A DNA stretch of 15,679 bases from an uncultured Oscillospiraceae bacterium (lineage in GTDB: Bacteria > Bacillota > Clostridia > Oscillospirales > Oscillospiraceae), in assembly GCA_934511165.1 (NCBI GenBank), contig CAKSWA010000046.1, positions 1-15,679 of the forward strand, written 5' to 3'. This document shows, piece after piece, positions 1 through 7,216 of the stretch. Position 1 is the stretch's first letter. Every line of letters starts with the position of its first letter. The notes under the pieces were generated by a model. It saw only the letters and a list, made by a program, of their open reading frames with translations. It made no database searches and was not told the origin of the DNA. Made by a program: the position numbers and the translations under genes.

Positions 1-76
1 AGCACCCCCTGATGTAGTTCTATTTTCCTACATCAGGGGGTGTTTTGTCTATTGTCCGTTTTTACTGGTCCTGTTC
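1..76. repeat. Left copy of a perfect 76-bp inverted repeat (partner at 7217..7292). It has an internal hairpin (stem 3..17 / 28..42, loop 18..27) followed by TTTTGTCT and a second TTTTT run.
   Basis: Reverse complement of 1..76 equals 7217..7292 base for base. Position 77 versus 7216 may add one more matching base. The window starts at position 1, so the repeat could extend further left. Confidence 0.9.
3..50 (+). terminator. Intrinsic-terminator-like hairpin inside the left inverted repeat, oriented to stop rightward transcription entering the module.
   Basis: A perfect 15-bp stem (CACCCCCTGATGTAG / CTACATCAGGGGGTG) with a 10-nt loop is followed on the plus strand by TTTTGTCTATTGTCCGTTTTT. 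Confidence 0.4.
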
Positions 77-99
77 AAAAGGAAAGCGGGAATTTTTTG

Positions 100-939
100 T
101 TATCTCAGCTTTTTGAGCTCTTCGAGCACCGAGTACGGTATTGCGAGATTGCCGCAGCCCGTGCCCATGGAGATATGGGTTTTGCGCGTGCCGTGGTAGT
201 CGCTGCCGCCGGAAACGCCCATGCCGTACTTCTCCGCGGCGCGCAGCAGCCACGCGGTCTGCTCGGCGGAAAACTCGGAATAATACGCTTCCAGCGCCCG
301 GATGCCGAGCGCCTTTGCCGTTTCGATCAGCTCGATGAGCTCCGGCTCCGGGTAATGGTACTGCATCGGGTGCGCGAGCACCGGTACGCCGCCCGCGGCG
401 ACGATCGTTTCCACGGCTTTTGCAATGGAGATCCGGCGCTTCGGCAGATAGTACGGTTTGCCCTCGCCGAGGTACTTTTCAAATCCCTCCTTTACGGAGG
501 AGATGTATCCCTTGCGTATCAGATGCTCGCAGAAGTGCGGGCGGCCGAGCACCGAGTCCGGGTACTCCTCGCGCAGCTGCGCGATGGAGATATCAAACCC
601 GTCGCGCTCGAACATCGCGGCAATCTTCTCGTTCCGTTCGTCCCGCTCGGTCTTCACCCAGTCGAGCACCGGGCGGAGCTGCGGCGCGGCGGGGTCGATG
701 AAATAGCCGAGGATGTGGACGTTGTTGTCGCGGTAGTCCGAGGACACCTCGATCCCCGGCACGACCTCCACGCCGAGCTCCGCCCCGGCGCGCATCGCCT
801 CCGGCACGCCGGAGACGCTGTCGTGGTCGGTGATGCTCACCGCGGCAAGGCCGAGGGCCGCCGCCTTTTCCACCGCGGCACGCGGCGAATCCGTGCCGTC
901 CGAGGCCGTCGTATGAATATGCAGGTCAATATAACTCAT
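100..939 (-). CDS. PHP-domain metal-dependent phosphoesterase (TrpH/YciV-like)
   Basis: The N-terminus reads MSYIDLHIHTTASDGTDSP...ITDHD, with conserved His/Asp metal ligands throughout. The ATG at 939 has AAGGAAAC about 8 nt upstream. The longer ORF in the track (start 1116) overlaps the upstream gene and is less likely. Confidence 0.8.
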   Translation of the reverse strand: MSYIDLHIHTTASDGTDSPRAAVEKAAALGLAAVSITDHDSVSGVPEAMRAGAELGVEVVPGIEVSSDYRDNNVHILGYFIDPAAPQLRPVLDWVKTERDERNEKIAAMFERDGFDISIAQLREEYPDSVLGRPHFCEHLIRKGYISSVKEGFEKYLGEGKPYYLPKRRISIAKAVETIVAAGGVPVLAHPMQYHYPEPELIELIETAKALGIRALEAYYSEFSAEQTAWLLRAAEKYGMGVSGGSDYHGTRKTHISMGTGCGNLAIPYSVLEELKKLR

Positions 940-976
940 GGATAAATGGGTTTCCTTTTGCGGAGAATTTTGCCCG

Positions 977-1498
977 TCAGGGCTTCCAGTCGTAGCTGCC
1001 GCTGTTCTGGCTGCCGTTCTGGCCGTTATTCTGGCCGTAGGGGTTCTGCTGGTAGGGGTTCTGGGTATAACCGCCTTGCTGACCGTAGGGGTTCTGCCCG
1101 TAACCGCCCTGGCCATACCCGCCGCCGTAGCCGCCGGAGGGGTATTTGGGGCTGTCGCCGTACTGGTTCCAGCCGGGCTGGCTGTCCTTGCAGAGCCAGA
1201 TGATCAGGATGATCTGCCCGACGAGGGGGATAAAGTTCAGGAAGAACCACGCGCCGCTGCGGCCGATATCGTGCAGACGCCGCCAGCAGACACCGAGGCC
1301 GGGCAGGAACACGCCGATGTTCCAGAGCGAGAGCAGCAGCGAAGGAAAGTTGCTGTCGGTATTGCGGACAAACGCGGTGAGGACCGCGGTCACCGCCCAG
1401 TTGAGCAGCGCGAAGTACCAGTACTCGCTTCGCCGCGCGCGGCCGGAAAAGCAGAGGTACTTCTGGAATACGGATGTGATGGCTTGCTGAAAGCTCAT
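977..1498 (-). CDS. DUF805-family inner membrane protein with a C-terminal G/Y/Q/N-rich low-complexity tail
   Basis: It carries the RRSEYWYF...CWRRLHDIGRSGAWF motif typical of DUF805 (YhaH/YhaI-like). A strong GGAAGGAG site sits 6 nt upstream of the ATG. The tail (GGYGQNPYGQ...) is encoded by tandem GTAGGGGTTCTG-like DNA repeats at about 1035..1115. Confidence 0.75.
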   Translation of the reverse strand: MSFQQAITSVFQKYLCFSGRARRSEYWYFALLNWAVTAVLTAFVRNTDSNFPSLLLSLWNIGVFLPGLGVCWRRLHDIGRSGAWFFLNFIPLVGQIILIIWLCKDSQPGWNQYGDSPKYPSGGYGGGYGQGGYGQNPYGQQGGYTQNPYQQNPYGQNNGQNGSQNSGSYDWKP

Positions 1499-1539
1499 GG
1501 GTTTATCTCCTTCCGGTTTGTCTTTTTCTGTGTGGGAAT

Positions 1540-1568
1540 ATAGTATCGTACTTTCCCCTCGATTGCAA
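1540..1568 (-). promoter_or_regulatory. Putative sigma-70 promoter for the DUF805/PHP operon
   Basis: Minus strand TTGCAA (1568..1563), a 17-nt spacer, then TACTAT (1545..1540). It lies about 40 nt upstream of the RBS. Confidence 0.3.
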
Positions 1569-1695
1569 GAGCCGTTCCGGCGGGTTCCCGGCAGGTTTTT
1601 CTCGCCGCATTTATATCTTCTTTATATACTCCCTTCTTTTTGCCAACATTTTTGCTATCTTTTTTCAAAAAAGTACAGAATGTTTGTTATTTCTA

Positions 1696-1724
1696 TTGCT
1701 ATGGCGCGTTTTAGGGCGTATAGT
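1696..1724 (+). promoter_or_regulatory. Putative sigma-70 promoter for the SulP permease gene
   Basis: TTGCTA (1696..1701), a 17-nt spacer, then TATAGT (1719..1724). The GGAGGG RBS at 1744..1749 and the GTG start at 1755 follow. Confidence 0.35.
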
Positions 1725-1754
1725 GGACAGGCATGTTTTTTTGGAGGGATTTTC

Positions 1755-3398
1755 GTGATTGCTTCGTTTTTTGCCGGATTAAAGAGAGAATTTTCCGGCT
1801 ACAACGCCGCGAGACTGATGAAGGACGTTCTTGCCGGTCTCACGGTATGCGCCGTGGCGCTGCCGCTCGCGCTCGCGTTCGGCGTTTCATCCGGCGCTTC
1901 CGCCGCGGCGGGACTCGTTACGGCGATTATCGCCGGTATCGTCATTGCGCTGCTCGGCGGCGCGTCGTTCCAGATTTCCGGCCCCACCGGCGCGATGAGC
2001 GCGGTGCTCGTCGGCATCGTGGCAACGCACGGCTTGCAGGGCGTATTTTTCGCGTGCTTCGCCGCCGGAATCTTACTGCTGCTCGCCGGTGTGCTCCGGC
2101 TCGGGCGGCTCATCAGCTTCATTCCGATGCCCGTCATCATGGGCTTCACATCCGGCATTGCGATCATCATTGCGCTCGGCCAGATCGACAATTTCTTCGG
2201 CACAACGTCCGAAGGGCTTACAAACATCGAAAAGCTGCTCTCCTATGGGCGGCTCGGCTTTCATGTGAACTGGCAGGCGGCGCTCATCGGGCTGCTCGTC
2301 GTGGCAATCATGATCCTCTGGCCGAAAAAGTGGGGCGCGCGCGTCCCCGGCTCGCTTGTCGGCATCATCGTGGCCGCCATCACTGCGGGTGTATTCCACA
2401 TGGATTCTCTCGCCACCGTCGGCGACATTCCCCGCACGCTGCTGCTCGCCGACCGGCTGGATCTCTCGTCGCTCAATTTTGCGATGGTCAAAGACTTGCT
2501 CTCACCCATCGTGACGATCGCGGCGCTCGGCATGATCGAGAGCCTCCTTTGCGGCGCTTCCGCCTCACGCATGAAGGGCGAGGCGTTCAACGCCGATCAG
2601 GAGCTGATCGCGCAGGGTGTCGGCAACATCCTTCTGCCGCTCTTCGGCGGCGTGCCCGCCACGGCGGCCATCGCCCGCACGAGTGTGGCGGTCAAGTCCG
2701 GCCAGCAGACGCGCCTGACGAGCGTTTTCCACTCGGTATTCCTGCTCGCGTCCATGTTCCTGCTCGGCGGCGTGATGGCGCGGCTGCCGCTCTCGGCGCT
2801 CGCGGGCGTGCTCATGGTCACGGCGTGGCGCATGAACGACTGGTCAGGCATCCGTTACGTCTTCCGCCACAAATTCAAATCCGGCATCAGCCAGTTTCTG
2901 CTCACGATGGTCGCGACGGTCGTATTTGATCTCACGGTCGCGATTCTGTTCGGCGTTGTCTACTCCGCCATTTTGTACATGGCCAAGTCCAGCCAGATCC
3001 GCGTGAGTTTTTCGGCCATCGATACGAACAAGCTCCGCGCCATCGACGGCAAGCCGCCGATCCTCGAATCCGCGGGCGTGGCGTATGTAACGGGCGCGCT
3101 GTTTTTCGGCGCGGTGGACGAATTCAATCACCGTATGGCGGAGATGCCCGCCTACGATCATGTGATCCTCTCGATGCGCGGCATGCCGAGCGTGGACGTG
3201 TCCGGCGCGCAGGCGATGCTTGAGCTGTGTGAGAATCTGCTTGCGCTGGGCAAGACCGTGGCCTGCTGCGGCATGAGCGAGAGCGTCCGGCGCTACTTTG
3301 ACCGCGCCGGGATCACTGAGGTTCTCGGCGAGAACGCGTATTTCTGGAGCGCCGACCAGGCGATCCTCGATCTGCTGGACGCGGAAATTGTGGAATAA
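1755..3398 (+). CDS. SulP-family inorganic anion (sulfate/bicarbonate) permease with a C-terminal STAS domain
   Basis: It has FAGLKREFSGYNAARLMKDVLAGLTV...ALPLALAFGVSSGAS and many transmembrane segments, with a C-terminal STAS domain (...VDVSGAQAMLEL...). I chose the GTG at 1755 because of GGAGGG 5 nt upstream. The ATG at 1701 and the track start at 1497 lack an RBS. Confidence 0.8.
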   Translation: MIASFFAGLKREFSGYNAARLMKDVLAGLTVCAVALPLALAFGVSSGASAAAGLVTAIIAGIVIALLGGASFQISGPTGAMSAVLVGIVATHGLQGVFFACFAAGILLLLAGVLRLGRLISFIPMPVIMGFTSGIAIIIALGQIDNFFGTTSEGLTNIEKLLSYGRLGFHVNWQAALIGLLVVAIMILWPKKWGARVPGSLVGIIVAAITAGVFHMDSLATVGDIPRTLLLADRLDLSSLNFAMVKDLLSPIVTIAALGMIESLLCGASASRMKGEAFNADQELIAQGVGNILLPLFGGVPATAAIARTSVAVKSGQQTRLTSVFHSVFLLASMFLLGGVMARLPLSALAGVLMVTAWRMNDWSGIRYVFRHKFKSGISQFLLTMVATVVFDLTVAILFGVVYSAILYMAKSSQIRVSFSAIDTNKLRAIDGKPPILESAGVAYVTGALFFGAVDEFNHRMAEMPAYDHVILSMRGMPSVDVSGAQAMLELCENLLALGKTVACCGMSESVRRYFDRAGITEVLGENAYFWSADQAILDLLDAEIVE

Positions 3399-3424
3399 AT
3401 TGCATATATGAGCATATATGATTT

Positions 3425-3463
3425 GAGCCGCGGAGGGAATTCCCTCCGCGGCTCATTGCTTTA
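3425..3463 (+). terminator. Rho-independent terminator after the SulP gene
   Basis: A perfect hairpin GAGCCGCGGAGGG-AATT-CCCTCCGCGGCTC (3425..3454) is followed by ATTGCTTTA. Confidence 0.55.
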
Positions 3464-3497
3464 CAGGCTTGGCATGCAGCAGGGGGCGGTTTCGTTT

Positions 3498-3527
3498 TTC
3501 AAAATCCCCGGCGGCGCATGTTATAAC
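3498..3527 (+). promoter_or_regulatory. Putative promoter with extended -10 (TGtTATAAC) for the micro-ORF/SPFH/PcfJ operon
   Basis: TTCAAA (3498..3503), an 18-nt spacer, then TG-n-TATAAC (3519..3527). It lies about 28 nt upstream of the first small ORF. Confidence 0.3.
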
Positions 3528-3554
3528 CGTAGTTGAAGGGAGGAAGGAAAAGCG

Positions 3555-3656
3555 ATGATAAACCGTTCCATCGAAAATGCCTTTGCAGAAAAAGAGGCGG
3601 CATTCGGCAGGATTCTGGAGGACGGCGACAAACTTACGATCGAAACGGAGGGATAA
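3555..3656 (+). CDS. Small hydrophilic protein, 33 aa (MINRSIENAFAEKEAAFGRILEDGDKLTIETEG)
   Basis: An excellent RBS GAAGGGAGGAAGG ends 6 nt before the ATG. It is too short for the ORF track. Its stop codon lies within the RBS region of the next micro-ORF. Confidence 0.4.
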   Translation: MINRSIENAFAEKEAAFGRILEDGDKLTIETEG

Positions 3657-3660
3657 GGCA

Positions 3661-3741
3661 ATGGCAACGACAATGGCGGCCATATGTGCGCTTCTGGGTC
3701 TGGGGCTTCTGATCTGGGGGTTCGCTGTCGCGAGTTGGTGA
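3661..3741 (+). CDS. Hydrophobic single-transmembrane micro-protein, 26 aa (MATTMAAICALLGLGLLIWGFAVASW)
   Basis: GGAGGG sits 8 nt upstream of the ATG. The sequence is entirely hydrophobic and transmembrane-like. It is tandem with the preceding 33-aa ORF. Confidence 0.35.
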   Translation: MATTMAAICALLGLGLLIWGFAVASW

Positions 3742-3791
3742 CGCGAGCTTGCAGCGCACACAAAACATCACAAAAAGGAGAGGATGATTAC

Positions 3792-4763
3792 ATGTATCAG
3801 AGAATGCGCATCAGTGTGATCCGCGATCCCGGCGGCGACAGCCTGATCCGCTGTCAAGGCGACCTTTGTGGGCGCGGTAAAGGCGTGGTCGATGGAAGTC
3901 TTCTTCTGGTTCCGCCCAACACCACTGCCTATGCTTTCTGCAACGGCGTGATCTCTCCGGCGATCCCGCCGGGGCGGTACGAGCTGCTTAACACCGGAAT
4001 CCCTTCGCCGTTCTTCCATAGGCTAAAAATCATTCTTACCCGCGGCGATCCCGGCACCGATCTACGCGTTTTCTTCATTTCCGAAAGGACGAAATTCTAT
4101 AAGCTCGGCACCGGGGAGCTGCTTTTCACGAAGCGTTTAGGTCAACAATTCTCCTTCACAATGACCGCACTGGCCGCCTGTGGACTCGCCATGTCCGTTT
4201 CGGATCCCCTGAGGCTCATAAAAACGCTGGTTGGCTCTTGCACCGCGCTCGGCGAAGAGAATGTTGAAGCATGCTATCGCCATGCGATCCTGACCACCGT
4301 ACGTGAAGCGCTCTCGCGGGAAATCAACAAGCTTACTATCACCGAATTCAACAGTCATTTGACAGATATTTCGAGCGCGGTCTTCCCGGTCGTTTCCAAA
4401 GAGCTGGACGCCTACGGCCTGCATCTTGCGTCGTTTAAGGTCGAGGCAATAAACATCCCGGAGACGGAGCGCGGCAAACTGTTCGCCATGGAACAGAAAT
4501 ACGTGGACACAGATGTGGAGTTCGATAACTTGCAGCGCATCTTTGGCGGCTCGCTGAAAGACCGAACGGCAGCAGAAGCCTTGACCGGCATTCCCAGCCG
4601 GGGGCAGATTCTGCCCGCCGGAACCGGGGGCGGTATGGTGACGCCCCTGATACAGCTGGCCATGCTCAGCCGGGCCATGAAGAACCCGGATCTCTTCGAC
4701 GGCATCACGGACATGTATACCGGTGCTTCCTCTTCCGATGATGAAAAGAAAGGAACGACTTGA
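3792..4763 (+). CDS. SPFH/band-7 superfamily protein of the YdjI-like group (323 aa)
   Basis: AAAGGAGAGG lies 9 nt upstream of the ATG. Motif order matches my recall of YdjI-type SPFH proteins: IRDPGGDSLI..., LLLVPPNTTAYAFCNGVISPAIPPGRYEL...NTGIP, ...LRLIKTLVGS and ...KELDAYGLHLASFKVEAINIPE. This is from memory, not a search. The track start at 3684 has no RBS. Confidence 0.55.
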   Translation: MYQRMRISVIRDPGGDSLIRCQGDLCGRGKGVVDGSLLLVPPNTTAYAFCNGVISPAIPPGRYELLNTGIPSPFFHRLKIILTRGDPGTDLRVFFISERTKFYKLGTGELLFTKRLGQQFSFTMTALAACGLAMSVSDPLRLIKTLVGSCTALGEENVEACYRHAILTTVREALSREINKLTITEFNSHLTDISSAVFPVVSKELDAYGLHLASFKVEAINIPETERGKLFAMEQKYVDTDVEFDNLQRIFGGSLKDRTAAEALTGIPSRGQILPAGTGGGMVTPLIQLAMLSRAMKNPDLFDGITDMYTGASSSDDEKKGTT

Positions 4764-4765
4764 CG

Positions 4766-4879
4766 ATGAAACGCCATTACTCTCTCATTCTTCCCGTTGC
4801 CGTTGGTCTCGCGGCGGTGTTCCTGCCGCCTCCGCCGCCTCTTCCGCCGCAATACGGATCTTACCGATACGGGAGGTAA
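4766..4879 (+). CDS. Micro-ORF, 37 aa, with a transmembrane-like N-terminus and polyproline tract (MKRHYSLILPVAVGLAAVFLPPPPPLPPQYGSYRYGR)
   Basis: The ATG is 2 nt after the SPFH stop, with AAAGGAA 10 nt upstream. Its last codons contain the GGGAGG RBS of the downstream gene, and its stop is 6 nt before that gene's GTG start. Confidence 0.3.
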   Translation: MKRHYSLILPVAVGLAAVFLPPPPPLPPQYGSYRYGR

Positions 4880-4885
4880 TTTGTC

Positions 4886-6439
4886 GTGCCAAAGAAGAAT
4901 GTAGCCTCTCTTGCCGAAAAGTTCCCGGAGGCTGTCCGCTGGGGCGATGTACCGGATCAAAACCGTCCCGACGTGAACACCGGCAGGGGTTGCTCGGCGG
5001 CTTATGCAGAGGAGGTTCGATTGCTCCTTGAGAAGCATTTCGGGACACCCGTGCCCTCTCTTACACTTGACGCACCGCCCCGCGGAGAAAAGAACACGCG
5101 GTATTTTCTTATACTGGATGACGCAGAGAAAGAGAAAATCCGCGCGCTGCGCGATACATTCAACGCGCTTCCTGCCGCGGTCAAGGCCGGTTTCCCGGAG
5201 CTCATTCAGCCTGAAGCGAAGCCGAAACCGCAGCGGCAGGCCATCCGGTGCGTCAAGCTTCAGATGAACCGGGAAGTGTGGGTCATACAGTTCTACACCT
5301 TGGAGGGGGTGAAATATCACCGTTCTCTCGGCCGGACCATCGCGGCTGCGCTGCTCCCCGGCAAGCGTCCGTTCATCACGCTCTCCTCGGATGCTCCTGC
5401 AAGCGAGTTCTACGGGCTGTGGAACCCGCCGCAGGACAAAAGCGACTTTTTCTATCCCGGCCGGAACGAAGGAATGCGCTACAGCGTAAACAAAAATCTT
5501 ATGGAGAATCGTGCCTTCCGCGGTTTCGTGGTTGGCTTTCTCCGGACGGTCGCCGCGGCAGAGAAAAAACACATTCTTAAAGACGCTGCGCGCACCATTG
5601 AGCGTTGCGGCTGCTTTCTGCCGCAGCTGTCGTTTCCGGCTCTTCTCAAATTTCATACGCCGGGCGAGATCATCGCGAGCGTCCTCCCGGCGCGAAATGT
5701 CCTAAACCGCAATCTCAACACCCTCGATCTGAACGCCGGGTACGTCGCCGCCCGTTTCCTTTCGATGATCGATCCGCAGGATCGCCCGGCGCTTTCGTGC
5801 ATCACGGCCGAAGACGTACATCGTGTCCTTGCGAATGCGCCCTCGGTTCTGTTTCACGGCATGGGCACGAGAGCCGGGGTCACAGCCTATCTCGACGCCT
5901 ACATAGCAGATAAGTTTCGACAGGAGCCCTTTGATTTCAATCCCTCCGGGGCGTTGGCCATGGCGCGGGATTACCTGAACATGTGCGAAAATCTGCATGT
6001 AAAGATAAGGTATGGCCTTGAGCCGGAGGCATATCTGCGCGCCCATGACGAGCTTGCCCGGCTGCAGCGGGATCGCATAGCGGAACAGGAAGATGCGCAG
6101 CCGCTGATCACCGAGCCCTCCGGATTCGACAAGCTGGAAGCTGTCTTGCCGGGCGAATTTACCCGGATGCGGTCAACAAGGCAGCTCCGGCTTGAGGGTC
6201 AGCGCCAGCGGAACTGCGCATTCAGCCGCCGCGGGCTCCTGCGCTCAGATACGGCCGCGATTTTTCATTGGGACTGCGGGGAAAAGTCTTACACCGTGCA
6301 ATTTGGCATACTGCCAAACGGCCGGTATAGTATTGACGAGATGCGCGGCCGCTGCAACGAGCCCTGTCTGCCGGAGCACCGGCGAAAGCTGGAGGGGCTT
6401 CTCCGCGGGATCAACCGCAAGGGAGCGTTGGGGGCATAG
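4886..6439 (+). CDS. Large protein (517 aa) with a PcfJ-like C-terminal region; function unknown
   Basis: The GTG start has GGGAGG 9 nt upstream. The C-terminal segment LEGQRQRNCAFSRRG...IFHW...YTVQFGI...YSIDEMRGRCNEPCLPE resembles, from memory, the conserved block of PcfJ-like proteins (PF14284), which are typical of conjugative plasmids, ICEs and phages. This is unverified. Confidence 0.45.
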   Translation: MPKKNVASLAEKFPEAVRWGDVPDQNRPDVNTGRGCSAAYAEEVRLLLEKHFGTPVPSLTLDAPPRGEKNTRYFLILDDAEKEKIRALRDTFNALPAAVKAGFPELIQPEAKPKPQRQAIRCVKLQMNREVWVIQFYTLEGVKYHRSLGRTIAAALLPGKRPFITLSSDAPASEFYGLWNPPQDKSDFFYPGRNEGMRYSVNKNLMENRAFRGFVVGFLRTVAAAEKKHILKDAARTIERCGCFLPQLSFPALLKFHTPGEIIASVLPARNVLNRNLNTLDLNAGYVAARFLSMIDPQDRPALSCITAEDVHRVLANAPSVLFHGMGTRAGVTAYLDAYIADKFRQEPFDFNPSGALAMARDYLNMCENLHVKIRYGLEPEAYLRAHDELARLQRDRIAEQEDAQPLITEPSGFDKLEAVLPGEFTRMRSTRQLRLEGQRQRNCAFSRRGLLRSDTAAIFHWDCGEKSYTVQFGILPNGRYSIDEMRGRCNEPCLPEHRRKLEGLLRGINRKGALGA

Positions 6440-6448
6440 CATCACAAA

Positions 6449-6488
6449 GCTTAACCGCCGCCAGGCAGCTGCCCGGCGGCGGTTAAGA
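6449..6488. terminator. Bidirectional terminator: GC-rich near-perfect palindrome of about 38 bp between convergent genes
   Basis: GCTTAACCGCCGCCAGGCAGCTGCCCGGCGGCGGTTAAG has one mismatch. It lies between the PcfJ-like stop (6439) and the minus-strand stop at 6493. Confidence 0.55.
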
Positions 6489-6492
6489 TGCT

Positions 6493-7128
6493 TCATTTCT
6501 CAATTTTAAAAGGGTTTTCGTCCCAGCGGTCTGGCTTCAGAACGCTTCGCTTTGCAACGCTTTTCGGGTTTTCCTTGGATATTGCGTCAACGGCTGCGAT
6601 CAAAAAGGCGCCGCTGACAATTGCCCAAAACCAGCGGCGAAATGCAAAGAGGATCGCTGTCACGAATGCGATGCCGGCGGCAAGAAAAATATACGTCAGG
6701 AGCGGGACTTTCTGCTCGGCATAGTTGTCCCGGCGGGATTCATAAACATTTTCGGCGTAATTTCGCATCTCGTCTGTAACAGCGTTGAATCGCACGAGCT
6801 TTTCCCAGACTCCGGATGCATACCCTTTTCCGCAGGGGTCGAGATCCTGAAAATCGTGTGTCTCGGCTTTTAAAATAAGATGATAAAGACGCACCTCGAG
6901 CGGATGATCGGCTGCCAGCTGCCGGAAAAGGTCGGACGCTGTAGGCCAGTTTCCGGCTTCGAGATGGGCTATTGCCTTAGCATACTTCCGGCTGTCTTCC
7001 ATCTGCTTTTTTGCATCATCGAACTGGTCGATCGGCGTCCCACAGAGATCACAAACGAGCCTCATCTTTTTGTTCAGATGATAGGTGCTGCAGCCGCATC
7101 GCGGGCAGGCCTGCGTTTGATTCATCAT
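6493..7128 (-). CDS. Zinc-ribbon / TPR-like / C-terminal transmembrane protein (211 aa), function unknown
   Basis: It starts ATGATG with GGAGGGG 5 nt upstream. The N-terminus has CPRCGCSTYH...CDLCG. The middle is helical and TPR-like. The C-terminus has two hydrophobic segments (LTYIFLAAGIAFVTAILFAF / FWAIVSGAFLIAAV). The track start at 7248 is an unsupported extension. Confidence 0.6.
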   Translation of the reverse strand: MMNQTQACPRCGCSTYHLNKKMRLVCDLCGTPIDQFDDAKKQMEDSRKYAKAIAHLEAGNWPTASDLFRQLAADHPLEVRLYHLILKAETHDFQDLDPCGKGYASGVWEKLVRFNAVTDEMRNYAENVYESRRDNYAEQKVPLLTYIFLAAGIAFVTAILFAFRRWFWAIVSGAFLIAAVDAISKENPKSVAKRSVLKPDRWDENPFKIEK

Positions 7129-7146
7129 AAGATCCCCTCCTGTATT

Positions 7147-7161
7147 CTGTGTTAAACACAG
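7147..7161. promoter_or_regulatory. Perfect 15-bp palindrome CTGTGTT-A-AACACAG in the 5' region of the zinc-ribbon gene
   Basis: It is seen directly and lies 19..33 nt upstream of the start codon on the minus strand, abutting the RBS. It is a candidate operator. Confidence 0.3.
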
Positions 7162-7216
7162 TATCTCACATTTCAAAAAGGGAAATGGGAAATGAAAAGC
7201 AGCCCCCGCAGACGGT

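Noticed and set aside
40-945. 301-aa plus-strand ORF
   Set aside because: It is entirely antisense to the well-supported PHP phosphoesterase gene. The reading frame is open only because of GC-rich composition. It has no RBS and no recognisable motifs.
938-1543. 201-aa plus-strand ORF with a long Ala/Val/Leu hydrophobic run
   Set aside because: It is the mirror image of the DUF805 gene and its G/Y/Q repeat region on the opposite strand. The minus-strand gene has a strong RBS and a family motif.
1733-2929. 398-aa Arg-rich ORF in an alternate frame of the SulP gene
   Set aside because: It is an out-of-frame product of GC-rich coding DNA. The Arg/His/Gly-rich composition is typical of such artefacts.
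3400-3422. Short direct repeat GCATATATGA x2 after the SulP stop
   Set aside because: It is too short and simple to be meaningful and is likely chance in an AT-rich spacer.
3453-3763. Two overlapping minus-strand ORFs (102 aa and 80 aa) upstream of the SPFH gene
   Set aside because: They overlap the terminator, the promoter and two RBS-supported plus-strand micro-ORFs. They have no RBS of their own.
4412-5656. 414-aa minus-strand ORF spanning the SPFH/PcfJ junction
   Set aside because: It is antisense to two plus-strand genes that have strong RBSs and recognisable domains. It also crosses an intergenic region, which real genes rarely do.
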